Source: Candidatus Cloacimonadota bacterium
GTDB lineage: Bacteria > Cloacimonadota > Cloacimonadia > G963667145
DNA: 64,000 nt
Direction of reading: 5' to 3'
Assembly (NCBI GenBank): GCA_963676615.1
Contig: OY781092.1
Span: 1,496,545-1,560,544 of the forward strand
A model generated the notes under the pieces. The model had not been told where the DNA came from. It saw only the letters and a list, made by a program, of their open reading frames with translations, and did not search any database. Made by a program: the position numbers and the translations under genes. The stretch's first letter is position 1. Every line of letters begins with the position of its first letter. This document shows, one piece after another, positions 30,801 through 45,800 of this stretch.

Positions 30801-33800
30801 ATGTGATAGTTAGTTTGACTACAGTGGGCAGAAGCGTGCGTGTGAACTATATTTGTCCAAACGACTGGGTCGATTCGGTCTATTTCTATCGAGAAAAAGC
30901 TGGCGAACCAGATGCGGCGTATTTGGTGAAAGTAATACCTAACGCCGGAGCAAATGTTCCAGCGGAGTTTTATGACGAAAAAGGTTTGACGATGTATCAA
31001 AAGTATGCATACAGAGTTAAATTTTACAAAGGGTTGACTGGATTTTCTGAGGCTAGCGACACAATTTGTGTTACCACGCCAGTTTTGCCTCCAGACAATC
31101 TGGACGCAACAGAAGGCGAATATGAGGATATGGTCCTCCTTACTTGGGATGGAGTCTCTGGCAACACGGTAGAAAAACTGAGCTATAATGTTTATGTGGA
31201 CTCCACGCTGACAGGGAGTTTCCCAAATTGGAAAAACAACAATGCGAAAACTGCAAAACGAATCTCGCTACCGGGATCTCCTGCGCAAATTCCAGAGTTT
31301 GAAGTTCAGTATGGGGTTAAATATCCAACAAATATTGGTGTTTCAGGAGGAGAATGGTTTAGCCTAGAGAGAGGAAGAAATTACGCTTTTGCCGTAAGCA
31401 CCAATCCTAATTTTAATAATTTTGACGAAGTCAATGTCTCTGATGTGTCAGAGATAGCCATCGGTTATGCCAGAATTTCTACGCCTGAGATGATTTCGGC
31501 GAGCAAAGGCGAGTATTCGGACAAAATTGTGATAAAGTGGAAAGCGTCTAATGCGTATAAGCACAACGAGCTGGTCGATTATCAAATCTACAGAACCAAC
31601 TTAACAACTGGAGTGGTGGACTCTTCGCTCGTGATGAAAGCCTCTGATTTGAACATTTCCAACGACACCGTCACCATAGAGCAAGAGGCGCAAGTTTACG
31701 ATTTGAGTCCAAAAGTTAAATACTCCTATACTGTTAAAGCGTTGATGGGCGTTGACGGCAACAGAACGGTTGCGCACGCATCTCTTATGAGTCCTGTGCC
31801 GTATTCTGGTTGGCTAGCGATGCCTGCTCCAGAGGAGTTTAGAGCCAGCGACGGAATTTCCACAGACTCTATCTATTTGCAGTGGAGCAACGACGACAAA
31901 TTTATCACGCAACTCTATGCAAGCTATGACTTGGCGACTTTGTGGAGCAACCAAATTTCTACAACGCAAGATTCGCATTATACGGTGCAAATCCTCAAAA
32001 AAGAAGACCAAGGACGCTACAGGCATTTTGGGGCTAAATTTTACGATCCAGCTTTTGGCTCGTCGAAGCCGTCTTCTACTTGCCAAGATTCTGGTTTTGC
32101 TCTTTTTGATGGCGTGCAAATAACCTCGGTAAGCAAAGGCGAGTATTTGGATACGATCAAAATCGTTTGGCCAGAAACTCCAAATGCGGCTTACTACGAT
32201 GTTCAATATTTGGAGAAAGGAACTTCTAACTGGTCAACAGAGATAAATGTACCAGTCCAAGAGTATAAAATAAAAAGCTTTAATGGAACAAACAGAGGTA
32301 AAGCTTTTTATGTTCGAGTCAGAGCGACTAACGATATTGTCAGGTTCCTCGCAGATGAGGGGTATGGACCAACAGACTCTGGCTTTACGCAATTGGATAC
32401 GGTCTTTGGTTTTTCTGCTACAAAAGGGGAAATCCCAGACACAATCGCTCTTGCTTGGTCGGAGATAACTAACGCTACCTCCTACAAAATTTACAGATCT
32501 ACCGCTATTGATGGTGAATTTATTCAAAAAAATGCGACAAGTGATTTGAAATACGAAGATCACGAGTTGAGCTTGAACTATGGCGAGGTATATTTCTATA
32601 AAGTGCTGGCAGTTAACGAGTTAACCGAGACTTTGCCAGAAGCTTATCAAAACTATTCTCGGGTAGATTCTGGCTGGATAGACATCCCACAACCACAAAA
32701 TGTTACGGCGACAAAAGGGACGTATAAAAACAGGATTAAACTGACATGGGATGTGCTTCAGAGAGTTGAAGGGTATATCGTTGATACAGCGCAAGAGAAC
32801 GATGTCGATGAATATGGCGTGCTAGATACAATCCGCCCAGCCAGCCAAGGAGAGCTTAACGCTTATGTGGACGAATTGCCAGGTGGCAAATTTAAGCGCG
32901 GAGTCAGATATTTCTTCAAGGTCAGAGCGTTCTATGAGAATGTTGCCAGCAGTTTGATTTATGCAAATCAAGATAACGGCTATATTCCGCTGAACATTCC
33001 AACAAATGTAAAAGCGTCTAAGGGGACGAGCGACAGCACAATTTTTGTTTCGTTCTTGGCGTCAGACGGACTTTTGGGAATAGACAACTATGTCATTCAG
33101 CGCAGGTCTAAACTTTCTGGCGACACCACAGAAGTCAGCTTGAGCTCAAACACTTTCGGTTATTCTACCAACGAAGATACAATCAAAATAGAAGATAGAA
33201 ACAGCTTGCAGCCAAGCAAAGGATATGTTTACGATTATAGAGTTCGGAGCAGAATTGGCAGCATCACATCTGACTGGAGTGCATGGAGTGACTACGGTTG
33301 GCTGAACCTAAGACCGCTTGAAATACGAGTTGCAAACGAAGAAGACTCTTTGATGACCGATTCGATCAAGGTCGCTTGGGACACAGAAGCGTCACAATTT
33401 AAAGCTGTTAACAGGTTAGACATTTACTACGACACAGTTGCTTTGAGTGCAGATGGAGACTGGAAAGACAAGCTGGTCGTGGACGATATGGACGAGCTGG
33501 ACAAAGGCTACATAATGATTACGACGCAAAACAACGCGAACTTCTTGCCTGCAACGATGTATTGCTTCAGAGCAAAAAGTTGTCGTTTTGAGGACGCTAT
33601 CGAAATCTCGTCTGCTTTTAGTGCGCTAGATTCTGGCTGGTATAAATTGCGTGCGCCAAAGATAACCTACGCTTCTATTGGCGAGAGCGCCGACACGATT
33701 ACAATTCGCTGGGAAAGACAAGCAGATTTGCCTCACGGCAGCGCCGCAGAAATGGAGTATGTCATCTCCAGAGGTTCGACCAAAGAGTTCAAGAGGCTCG

Positions 33801-36800
33801 TCAATGTTGACTTCTATAACGACACGCTGGAGATTGAGCCAGGAGTGAGCCATATCTATACTGTCACGGCGGTTCATCCGCGCTATCTCAGTTCTGTGGC
33901 TAGTGCTCCAAAAAGAGGTTACGCGAAACTTTTGCCGCCTATTTTGACAGAGGTGAAAGCCGACAACCAAGCGAGCCAGATGAAGATTGAATGGGTTTAT
34001 CCGCTAGAAGATTTGGACGAAATTGACAGCTTCTATTTGTATCGCAAGACAGCTTATGACGATCCAGAGAACACTCCTGTTTACAGCACAAACGCTGTCG
34101 CTGGAACTGAAACATACACTTGGGTTGACGACGATTGCACTTTGGGACAAGAGTATTTTTATTACCTTAGGGCTTTTAAAGCGGGGATGATAATTTCAGA
34201 CACCTCAAATGTTATGAGCGATGTCCTAAAGTTGATTGTGCCATCTATCACAAGCGCCAGCAGAGGCGAATATACAAACAAGATAGATATTGCTTGGACG
34301 GGAACAAAAGACGCAAAAGAGTATGTAATCTACAGAAGCCAAACTCCGTCGTTTGATGTCATTGACACTGTGGACACGGTTGCGGCTTTGCCAACAAGCT
34401 ACCTTGATGATAATAACGGCGTGGGGCTTGCTGACGGAGAGATTTACTACTACAAAGTCGCCTCAAAAAGAGACAAAAACATTTCAGAGAAGAGTGGATA
34501 TTATGGCGGATACACAAAACTGATAACGCCAGAGATTACCGAGCTTTCTCAAAATACCGAAAAGATTAAGCTGAAATGGAGCAAAGAGGGTGGAAACGCA
34601 AACTCGTCTGGCGAGGTTTTTGTTGGCGAAGATCTTGAGGTGTTGAGTCCAGAAGATTCCACAACTTTGCAACAAGATTCTACGACAGACCTTATCTCGG
34701 CATTTGCTTCTGGAGCACTTTGGTTTGTGAAAGGCAAAGAGTATTACGCCAAAGTTCGGGCAAGTATCACAAAAACCAACATCGTTATGATCTCTGGCGG
34801 CAGTCAAGAGAGCTTTGAGATTGTTTCCGATTTCTCTGGCACCAAAAAATTCTTTAGCAAGCTGGAAAACCCAGTGCTCACTGTTCACAGCGGGAAGTTG
34901 GACACTTTGCTGATTGAATGGAACAGAATGGACGGCGATGTTGTGAGCAATATTGATGTAGAGTGGACGGAAAAAGATAATCCTGCGCCAGACACATTGA
35001 GGACGACATTTATAAACGACGGCACAGACTCTACTGGCAGAATAAAAGTCGCTTATACGGGAGCAGACAAATTGCTGCCAGCGGTTGTTTATAACTTTAG
35101 GATTAAGTTCAAAAGAGGGCTTGTAACATCCGACTGGAGCGAAACAGAAGAGGGCTGGACGAAGCTTCCTGCCCCAGAGAATTTGGTCGTTTCCAAAGGT
35201 GATTACGAAGATTCGCTAAGGTTCCGCTGGGAGAACTATCGCGGCAACACCGACACTTTGCAAGACTCCACCTATAAATACCAAATCCAGTTTTACGACG
35301 GCAGCAACTTCGTGAATTTGGAAGGAGGTGCTATCACAGACAAAGCCGACTTCTACGATGTTACTTTGTCGATGAAAAATATTTTAACCAGAGGTGTGAT
35401 GACGCAGTTCCGCATCAAAGGCGATGTTGATCCAGCTTCCTCAGTTCTCGCACAAAGCAATAATTTGAGCCAAGATTCTGGTTTCACAAGGTTGATGACG
35501 CCTATCAGCTCTGGAACTCTAAGCAAAGGGCTTGAGGGCAAAATAGAGATAGAATGGGAGACGAACCTTGTAGATAATGCCACAATTCAGGCTTACAAAA
35601 ATTTGGGTGTTGAGTATCAGATAGAGCGGAGAAAGTCTGGCGATGAGTTTATGGACTATATTTTGGCAAGCGTGGACTCTTTGACCAAAATCACATACGA
35701 CGACAAAGCAGGGCTAGACCCAAGAGATATTTACTACTATCGGATGAGATTTTTCAGCCAAGTCTATTATGACAGATATAGCGATGTGAAAAAAGCGACA
35801 TCTCCTTGGGTTGTAATCGACGATAGCGGAAGCGTTAAGATGAATCCGCCAAAGCTGAAAGTGAACGAAGAAGGGGAGTTCTTTACCGACAAGGTTGAGC
35901 TAAAAATAGAAAGAGCTTTGGGCTCCGATAGCGCCTATCTGTATCGTGATCTGAACAACGACAAGAACTTCGAGATAATCGATACGATAAAATATGGAAG
36001 CTCTGTTGCGCAAGGCGGCTATCTTTTCTACAAAGACGAAAAAGATATAGAGTCTGGAAATTGCTACACTTACTATGCGGTGGCTCTTTCTGGCTCACGG
36101 AAATCTTCTGATGGTCAAAAACTGCAAACTTTCACCAGATTGGAAGCCCCAGAAAATGTAAGAGCCAGCGAGGGCGAGTTCGATAACAAAATCGTCGTTA
36201 AGTGGGACACTGTGTCCAGAGCAGAGGGCTATAAAATCAGATTCTACGAAGTTTTGACAGACAAGCTGGTAGATTCTGCAGAGGTGAACAACCAAGATAG
36301 CGTTAAAATTTTAAAAGCCGTCCTACTCAAAAACATAAAAGTTGGGCAAGTTTATCGGTTCTCTGTTGCGGCGTGGAACAATATCAGCGTTTACCAAGGC
36401 AAAAAAATCTATTCCGAGTCGAATTCAGCAGAAGGATTTTTGAAGTTTACTCTTCCTGAATATGTAACGCTTTCGCAAGATTCGGTCGGATTTATCAAGT
36501 TGCAGATTGGCTATCCAGAGCCAGGTTTCGATTTGTTTATATATCGGAGTGCCAACAAAGCGACAAAAGCTGGAGAGTTGGAGAAATGGAGCGATTACAC
36601 GAAAATTTCGGTAAATTTAACCTACAATGACGCAGAAAAAGAGTATGTTTGCCGAGACATTTTGTCCACAACTGGCGGAGTAGAGGGCGTGCAATACGCC
36701 TATATGGTGCAGGCGTATAAGAGCGGAATGCTTAATGCGATTTCGGACACATTTAAGACATATATAGAAAACGAGACAGGCGAAAAAACTGGCTGGTCTA

Positions 36801-39800
36801 AAGCGGGTGTCTATCGTGGAGCGATCACGGCGACGCAAGGGATTTATCAAGATTCAATCGTTGTTGTTTGGGACGACTCCGAAGACAAAGAGTTTGTCGA
36901 TAGCGTTCAATACGAATGGGTCGAGTATAACAGAGAGACAGGAAAAGCGCAAGACTCTAGCATAACTGCCGACACAACTGTAACTCGTCGGTCTCAATCT
37001 CTTTTGCCAGAAAGCAAAGTCAAGAACGGCTACAAATATCAGTATAAGTTGCGCAAGAAATTTTACGATGCAGATGATAATCTCTATACGACTTCGGAAA
37101 TTTCGACAATTAACGCTGTCGGCTGGGCAACGATGGAGAAGCCGACAATCAGGCTGACCAAAAATGCAGCGGGCGATCTTGTTGTTGAGCAACAAAAGAA
37201 CAACAATAAGTTCCAAGTTTACAAGAGCGTAAACGGTGCAGAGAGTGTTTTGGCGGCAACCATTGAGCAAGGCGGACAATATGTAGATTCTGTCGTTTAC
37301 GACAAGCACAACATCGGTAAAGCTGTAGAATACAAAATCAAGACGATTAACACTTACACTGGCTTGGAGTCGGCGTTCTCAGACGCTGTGGACACATTCT
37401 ATATGATCTACAGCCCGAAATATGCCGCGGCTAGCCAAGGTGAGTTCACCGACAGAGTGGAGGTCGAGTGGCAATGGGGTTCTGCTAGACCAGCGCTTGT
37501 TGATAGCTTTGTCGTTACACGCTACGATCTGGCTAATGGAGACACGAAGCGGTTCGCTTTTGCGGGCGTTGATGGTGCTCGCCTAGAATACAGAGGCAGC
37601 TTGCCAATGGGCACAGACACTTGTCTTTTTGCCGACAAAGATGTCAAACAAGGCGTATCTTACCAGTATAGCATCAAATCTATGCGGGTAAATCCAGGCA
37701 TTGACACAAGAATTTCCCCAGACAGCGCTACGGCGACAGGCTATGCCAAGTTTGCCGCTCCGACGAACTTGAGCGCAACAGAAAACCAAAAAGAGGTTTT
37801 GATAACTTGGGACTCTATCCGAAATCAAGGGACAGTGGAGAATTTTGTTATTTTCTATAATACCACAGAAGAAGGCACCTATTCGCAACTTCAATCTTTG
37901 GGAACAAATGTTGCTCCAGAAGACACATTCTTTACAGACACAGAGATTCCACAAGGAACAGTTCGTTGGTATAAAGTAGCGGCGTTCAACGAGATAAGCC
38001 AAGAAGGCGCTTTTGCTGGTCCAGTCAGAGGTTATGCTTTGATGGAGCCAATCTCGGGTGTTAAATGCTGGAGAGGCGAGAGCACCGACACGATTAAGGT
38101 CACTTGGAGTACTTTGCCTGTGTATGAAAGCTATTATGTGGAGTGGAGTTTGAGCAAAGAGACGAATGCTGATGGACGCTTTACAAACAGATTGGACAAA
38201 AGAGGTTCTTTCACAAACAGCAACTACAAGGCAGATTCTGTGATTATCCCGATAGTGCCAGACTCCCTGCGAGGCAGAAAAATCTATGTCCAACTTTGGG
38301 CGCAAAACGAATATGGCGGCTCAGAACCAGTTTTGGATAGCGGCTATGCTAGGCTCAGACCGCCAGCGAACTTTAGCGTAAGCAAAGGCACAGAGCTAGA
38401 CTCGATCGAGTTTACTTACGCAAAAAGAATAGGCAGCAATGCAGAAAGCTATAACATCTACGCATCGACCAACAAACAAGAGTCGCAACAACCGACAGCA
38501 GCGGCGATAAAAATTGAAGGTTATAATGGCATAGACACGACAATAGAAGTTGACCCGAACACAGAGGGATACTATTATTACGCAAGCGTTCAGGCTGTCA
38601 GCGATTTAGAAAATGCGTCTTCCGATTTTGCGGTGGATAGCGGATACAGCCAAATTCCTGTTGTTAGCGACTTTGGCATAGAGGCGCTATCTTCTGGCGA
38701 CATTGAGCTTAGCTGGATACCTGTGGATATCGGCGCAGAGACAGATAGCGTTAAATACAATGTTTATCGCTCCAGAAATAATGGAACTTTCTATTTGATA
38801 GCCGACAATTATTATAGCGAGCCAGCTCAGGGGAAAATCAGGTTTGTCGATAACACTTGCGAGCCAGGAGATTTGTTTGAATATTATGTCGTTAGCGAAG
38901 CTAGCCAAAGACCAACAGAGTTTAGGGTAATTTCGGACACTTCTGAGCACAAAAAAACTTCGGCACAAATCGGCTTCGTTAGCGGATTTGAGCAAGACAC
39001 TTCATATTTCTCTAGCGCATTGGTTAACCTGAAATGGAAGCAACGAGGCGACATCGATTCGTATTATATCTATCGGAGCTCGTTTGCAGACACAGCAAAA
39101 GCAACCGAGATAAAAGTAGAGATAGCCAATGGCAACTTCTACTATTCTGACGCTTCATCTGCCGTTAGTGATAGCAGCGGAATGCTGTGGCACTATTGGA
39201 TCAGGGCGCGCAAAAATGGCAATTTTGGTAACTGGACTCCAGTTGACGATCAGCAAGGATTGCTCGCCTACACAAGACCTGCAAAAACGAGCATCGTCGA
39301 GGCGAGCCAAGGCGTTTCGTCCGACACAATCAGAGTCGTGTGGAACAAAGTCGATTTTGTGAGCAATTATGTTTTGCAATATCGGGTTGAAAACAGCACC
39401 GAGTGGAGCGATATCGAAAGTATAGCCGACACTTTCTACACCTTGATGAGAAACAGAGAGAACCTGCAAGATGGCGTAAGATACGACTTTAGGGTTTATT
39501 CCGTGATAGAGAAAGATGCTCAGTCGCCAAAAGGATCTGACAATGGTTATTACGGAAGAGAGATGACCTCAGAGCCTAGCGATATAGAAAAAGGGTTTGT
39601 CAAGTTTGAAAAAATCAAGAATTTCATATTCCAAAGCGCAGACGACAGCATAAAGAGCGACACGATCCAGCTCACTTGGGAGAAATTAGCCGCAACCGAG
39701 ATTGTTTATACGCTATATCGAAACACCATCGAGAATGAAGCAGGAGCTCAAGAGATAGGCAAAGTTAAAGATGTTGGCTCTTATTTGGATATCAGAAATC

Positions 39801-42800
39801 CAGGCGGCACTGTGCCAGAAGGTGGCAAGGAATACTATTATTGGATTACAGCTGGCAAAAACACTTTGGCTGGTTCAACAAGCGACAAGCAAGCTGTTTC
39901 TGTGATGAACGGCGCTAGTCCAGTTGAGGGTAGCTACGCTTGGTGTCTTTTGGAAGAGGCGGAAAATGTTTGGGCTTCTGGTAAAATGAAAGCAACTGGC
40001 GGTGATAACGACGCAAGCGTGACCTACTCCGACTCTATCGTCATCAAATGGGATAGTGTGCCAAACGCAACAACTTACGCTCTCCAAGAAAAACGCAACG
40101 AAGGGAATTGGACAAACATTACAGGAGCGGGAAATGTTGCTGATACGCAATTTGTCTGGAGTAGGACTACTGACGCACAAAAAGGCATTATTTATCAGTT
40201 CAGAGTAGCCGCTCAAAACAATTTGTGCGGAACAAACAACCCCGTATATTCCGAGCCAGTTAACGGCTTTGCCAAACTTTCTACGCCAAGGGAAGTAGAG
40301 GCTTACCAAAAAGAGAACGAAAACGGAATTTTCTTGAGATGGCAGCCGATAGATAACGCTCAAAAATATGTGGTTTATCAGACAGAAGATTTAGCAAAAG
40401 GGTTCAACAAGCTGCTAGAAGTTTTGGACGATGGCACAGACACGAAAATTGACACGGTTGACCTAGAGCCTTTGCCAGGGACAAGAAGATGGTATGTTGT
40501 AAGGGCGTTTAACTCTGCAACTGGCGGCTCGGATACCTCGGAGATTGTGGACACTGTTTGCCCGATATTGCCTCCAGAGAACTTGAACGCAACCAAAGGC
40601 GAGAGCGAAAGCGAAGTAGTGCTGACTTGGAAGCTGAACGACAGAACTGCAGGCGTGAGCGGATTTTATGTTTACAGGACGAAGCCTGGAATGGCTGGTG
40701 GCGCTGCCTTTAGCCAAGTGGATTCGATAGGAGTTGTAACGAACTTTACTCAAACAGCTGGTGTTGCGACATTTAGGGACAAGCTGGGCGACGAAGTGAA
40801 AAATGGAGCGGACACGACTAGAAGCGGCGTTAAGTATTTGTATGCAGTCAAAACATTCAAGAACGACGAGATTTCTGAGTTTACTCCTACAGCAGAACAA
40901 GACACTGGCTGGATTGCGCTGCCGCAGATTAGCGGGTTGAGCGTTCCAGTAGTGAAAGCGGATGATAATTTCGTTCTAAAATGGAATAAAGGTAAAGATG
41001 TTAAAAAAGACATTAACTATGTTTACAAGCGGATAAGGTATAAAGCTGGCAACCTTGACACAGTTTATCAATACGAAGAGAATTATAGCGTTATAAGTGA
41101 CACCACTGCCACAGATGCGCAAGGTCTGGAAAACGGTATGGGGTATCAATATTTCGTCAAAGCGTTCAACTCGGAGTATGTGGACGAGAGCAATCCAGAA
41201 ATCTGGGAAAGCTCTGATAATCGTGGTTTGGTGTCAGAAGAGTGGTCTGAGGGAGTCTTTACTGGCAGGAAGTTTGCCAAACCAGTGATGCAGGTGGAGA
41301 GAAACAAAGACAGCTTGAAGGTGGACTCTATCTATATCGCTTGGGAGCTTAACAAAAATGCAACGAACTTTATTTTCGAGATTGATACTGTGGCTACTTT
41401 TAACTCTCCATCAAAAGATGAAAGAACTCAGGACGATCCAAACGGAGATTTCGAGAGTTTCTATTACACTCTTCAAGGCGGATTGCTGAAAACGCAAGTT
41501 TACTACTTCAGGATGAAGATGGAGAACCAAGAGTTTAATAACGATATTTGGGACTCTCTGACTTCTGTGTGGTCGGAGCCAGACAGCGGTTGGTCGAAAC
41601 TTGTTCCGCCGCTCAATGTAGCAGCCAGCGATGACCTTGTGGACAGCATTTTGGTAACTTGGGATAAATGGAACTGGAAAGATTCTGTTGAGTATCAAGT
41701 CGATTACATTAGTGGCATCGGCATGCCAGGTTTTGAGAAAACATACGGAAGCTCTTTGCAATATCGCTCGCCATATACAGAAGGAGCAAACATAATAACC
41801 GTAACCGCTAAACACGCAAAATTTGGGAACTCTGCACCATCGGAAGCGGTGCAAGGCGTAGGCAAGTTGCCATCACCAGAGTTTACTCCAGGAAAAGAGC
41901 CAACCAAGGGCGACTATTTGGACAGCATCTATTTTGAGATGGACGAAACCAGCGGTGGACTTAGTGAGGTAGATATTCGCTACAGGATTTTTGTTAGCCA
42001 AGACTCCACTTCGGACGAAATCTCTTCTGCTTCGCCAGATGCAGGCAATTATATCGAGTCAACCTCCGAAAAGATTGCCCTGAAACTGGATGACGGTTTC
42101 TATGCGAACCAATATGGCAAAAAGCTATACATACGGATTGCTTGGGCGATAGGAACGGATTCTGAACTGTTTAGCCAAAAGAGTAAACTAGACTCTGGCT
42201 GGACGAAACTGAAAGCGCCGACCGCCTTGAGTGTAAGGGAGCTGGGAGCGCCAGACGACACAACTTCTATCGGAATTAGATGGAACCCTAGCGTTAACGC
42301 AGACAGCACGGTAATCTATCGCAGGCGCTATGAGAGCGGTGACGACTTTGCACCAATAGACACAATAGACAGCGAGACTACAGAGTTTATCGATTATCTG
42401 CCGATGGACGACAGAACGAAAACCTATGAATACAAAGTGCAAGCGGTTAACAGTTTGCCGAACACTCAATCGGCTCTTTCGAAAGGCGTTGCCTCTTATG
42501 TGCCGAGCATTTACGAGCTAGAAAATTTTGTGGCGACTAAGGGTAAAAAAGTTGACACGATCTCGTTCAGCTGGTCTGGCAATTTGGACTCTATCTACAC
42601 TATTCAAGTGTTTGATGAAAATCCAGAGAACAATAGCACGCCTGAGCCAGTAGTGGTCTTGAACGGTTTGAAAGAGAGCGACGCGAACAACTGGGATGTG
42701 ACAGAAGATAATTGTCAAAGTGGAAGATGGTACTATTTCAAGCTTTACCTAAATGGAGACGAGAATAAGCCAGAGAGCTTGCGTTTTTATGTGGTTGACA

Positions 42801-45800
42801 GCGGATACGCCGGTATGGGCGAAATCGACAGAGCTTGGGTAGAGGTGACCAACGACACCAGCGAAATCGACTTGAACATTATGGGCAGTAATGTAGGCGA
42901 CTCGGCTTTCAGCAGGTTCGATGTAACAAATGCGATGGCTTATGATTGGATCAGCAAAGCTTATCTTAGCAGACAAAATAACCAAACAGGAGTATATACG
43001 AGGATTGACACGCTGGACGCTGAAAATTTAATTTACACGGATAGATTTACGACGGGCTTTGGCAAAATCTACGACTATCGCCTTGAGTTTATAAATCAAA
43101 TCGAGCCGGGCAGGACAGTAGATTATAAGACCTTTACGACTTTACGCAAACCGTCGAATGTTGCGTGGCAAGCCTCTACTTTGGCAAAAGACGAGATAGA
43201 AGTAAGAGTAACCAACCCGACGGGAGTCAACGGGACAATCGACTCGATAGTTCTCTATCGTTCTGCGCCAAGCAACGCAGGCGAAATAGACACCTTGATT
43301 TATGCTTACACCGCAGGATTGAACACCAACGCTTTGGTTGACACAAAAATTTTGCAACGAGGACTGTTCTACTTCTACACAGCCGCTTTCTACAGCAAAA
43401 CAACTGGTTTGTCTAGAGTTAGCGATCAAGAGGCTAGAGCTTACGCCAAGTTGACCTCTCCGCAGTTTATATCGGTAAGCGATGGAATAAACAAAGACAC
43501 GATTTTCTTGAAATGGAACAAAATAGAGAACGCTGTGAACGGTTATACGCTTTATCGTGACACTTCCGAAGCGGGAGATTGGGCGACAAGAGAAGTAGTG
43601 GCGACGCTGGATAACAACACTGATACGACTTTTGACGACGAAACAGATTATGAGCAATGCAAAAAGATTTACTATCGAGTGGTGGCTAACGGATACGACA
43701 CGACCTCTGTATTCGATGAATGCGAAACAGGAATAGGTAGCAGGGCGTTTAGGGGCGTTACCGACTTTGCAGGTGTCGGCATACCAAAAGTGGATACGAT
43801 GAGCTTTACCTTTAGCTTGCCACAAGGGGTCGCTCTAGATGGAACAACCTCTTACCCTTACTTCAAAAAAGGCGTTAAGCTGATGCGCTACACAAAGTTT
43901 GACAGCATCAACAGCATTAGCAACGATTTCGCGGTGAAAGAGGATAGCATCTCGGTTGTGCAAAGCGGAAATACCTACACCGTAACCGACAAAAGCAAGC
44001 CAAAACTCAAAGAGCTTTACTATTACCGAGTGATATTGAGGGTCTCTGGAAGCAGCGGCGAGACAGATTTGTCGAACTACGCTTTGGGCTATCTGAAGCC
44101 GCCAGTGGTTGAAAATGTAACCGCAACGGCTGGAACGAAAGTTGACACAGTCTTAATCAAATGGGATAAACTGCCAAAAGAGAGCGTAATAGAAGATACG
44201 GTAACCTCTTACATTTTGGTCAGAAACGACAAAAATGGCGTAGAAATTGACAGAGTTACTCTCGGTGGCAGCGATTCGACTTTCAAAGATTACAACGGCA
44301 ATAGCTTTGCCGAGCCTTTTGAGCCTGGAAAAGATTACACATACTATGTTTTGGCAAATGTTGAGTTCACAAGAGGAGGGACAGCGTATTCTATCAATTC
44401 CGAAAAAAGCGAAGTCGCCGATGGCTGGGCAGAGATGCAACCTTTGAGCGCAGAAGAGATAGAAGTAACCAAAGGAAACATCGACGATATCGACAAAGAG
44501 TTTGCTCCGCAAGTCGGGACAGACACAACCCTGACGATAAAGCTTACGGCGATAAAAGCGTATCAAAAATACATAATCGTCTATAGAAAGGTGGATGACT
44601 CGTCAAACAACTTCCAAAGGATAGACAGCATAGCGGGCGAAAATATCGTCGATTTTACAGACACAATCGTGAAAGCTGGGCAGATTTTGCGCTATCGCTT
44701 TAGGATAGGTAACGACCACTTGTCGAGCAACTATGCAGACACGCTCGCCTATACGAACCTGAGACCTGTGACAAAGCTAGAAAAAGTCTCAACAACCAAA
44801 GATTATGTGCAGATTAAAGTCTTTGCGGCGTCTTCTACCAAAAATGCGAAAGTGGATTCTGTAATGCTTTTGCGCAGCGACGAAACTGGCGTAGTTCTTG
44901 ATACGGCGATACACGAAGGGTTTACGGGAGATTTTGCACTCATAAAAGACTCTGCAGGAAACCAAGGACAAAAATATACATATCAAGCGGCTCTGTTCAA
45001 TAACTCCACAGGTTACTCTCCGTTTGGAACATCCGATGTTAGCCTCGGCAAAGATATCTCCGCTCCAACAATTTTGAATGTTTACGAGGGAGCCAGAGAA
45101 GACACGATCAAGATTACTTGGTCGATGGTCGATGGCGCTGTAAAAGGGTATCGCGTGTATAGAGACAGCACTGGCGGAACGGGGCTAAACGATGGCGACT
45201 ACGACTCGCTCTATCAAACACCAGCGTCGCCTGCGTTTGAGTTTGCAACAGATACTTTCTATTCTGACAAAACAGAGTATCCAGCCGGCAAAAAGATTTA
45301 CTACAAAATCGTTGCGATTGGAAAAGACAAAATGTCTGCCAGATCTGCGGCTGGTTTTGGCTACCTTAAGTATGGCGGCATTAAAGATTTGAAAGCTTTT
45401 GAGTGGCCAAAAAAGGGCAAAATCGACACAATGAGCTTGAGCTGGTCTATCTCGAACAACATTACATACGACTCAATCTTTATGGCGAGACTCAGCGAAG
45501 TTAACTATGTGGACTCTGTGGATACGCTCAATAAGCATCTTATTCCGCAAAGTCAGATGAAAAAGAACATCGGCGAAGGCGAATATGAAAAAATCGGGGA
45601 CTACGACCTTTACACATACAACTCTACCTCCGACGATTTGCTGATAGGGCAGTTGTATTTCTATCGTGCAAAAGTTAGGGTCTCAGGAAGTTGGAGCGAC
45701 TTCTCGAATGTTGCTATCGGCTATCTGGAGATGCCAAAAGTGAACAATGTTAGAGCCACCAGAGGCGTGGGTGATAGCATCGTCGTCACTTGGGACAGTG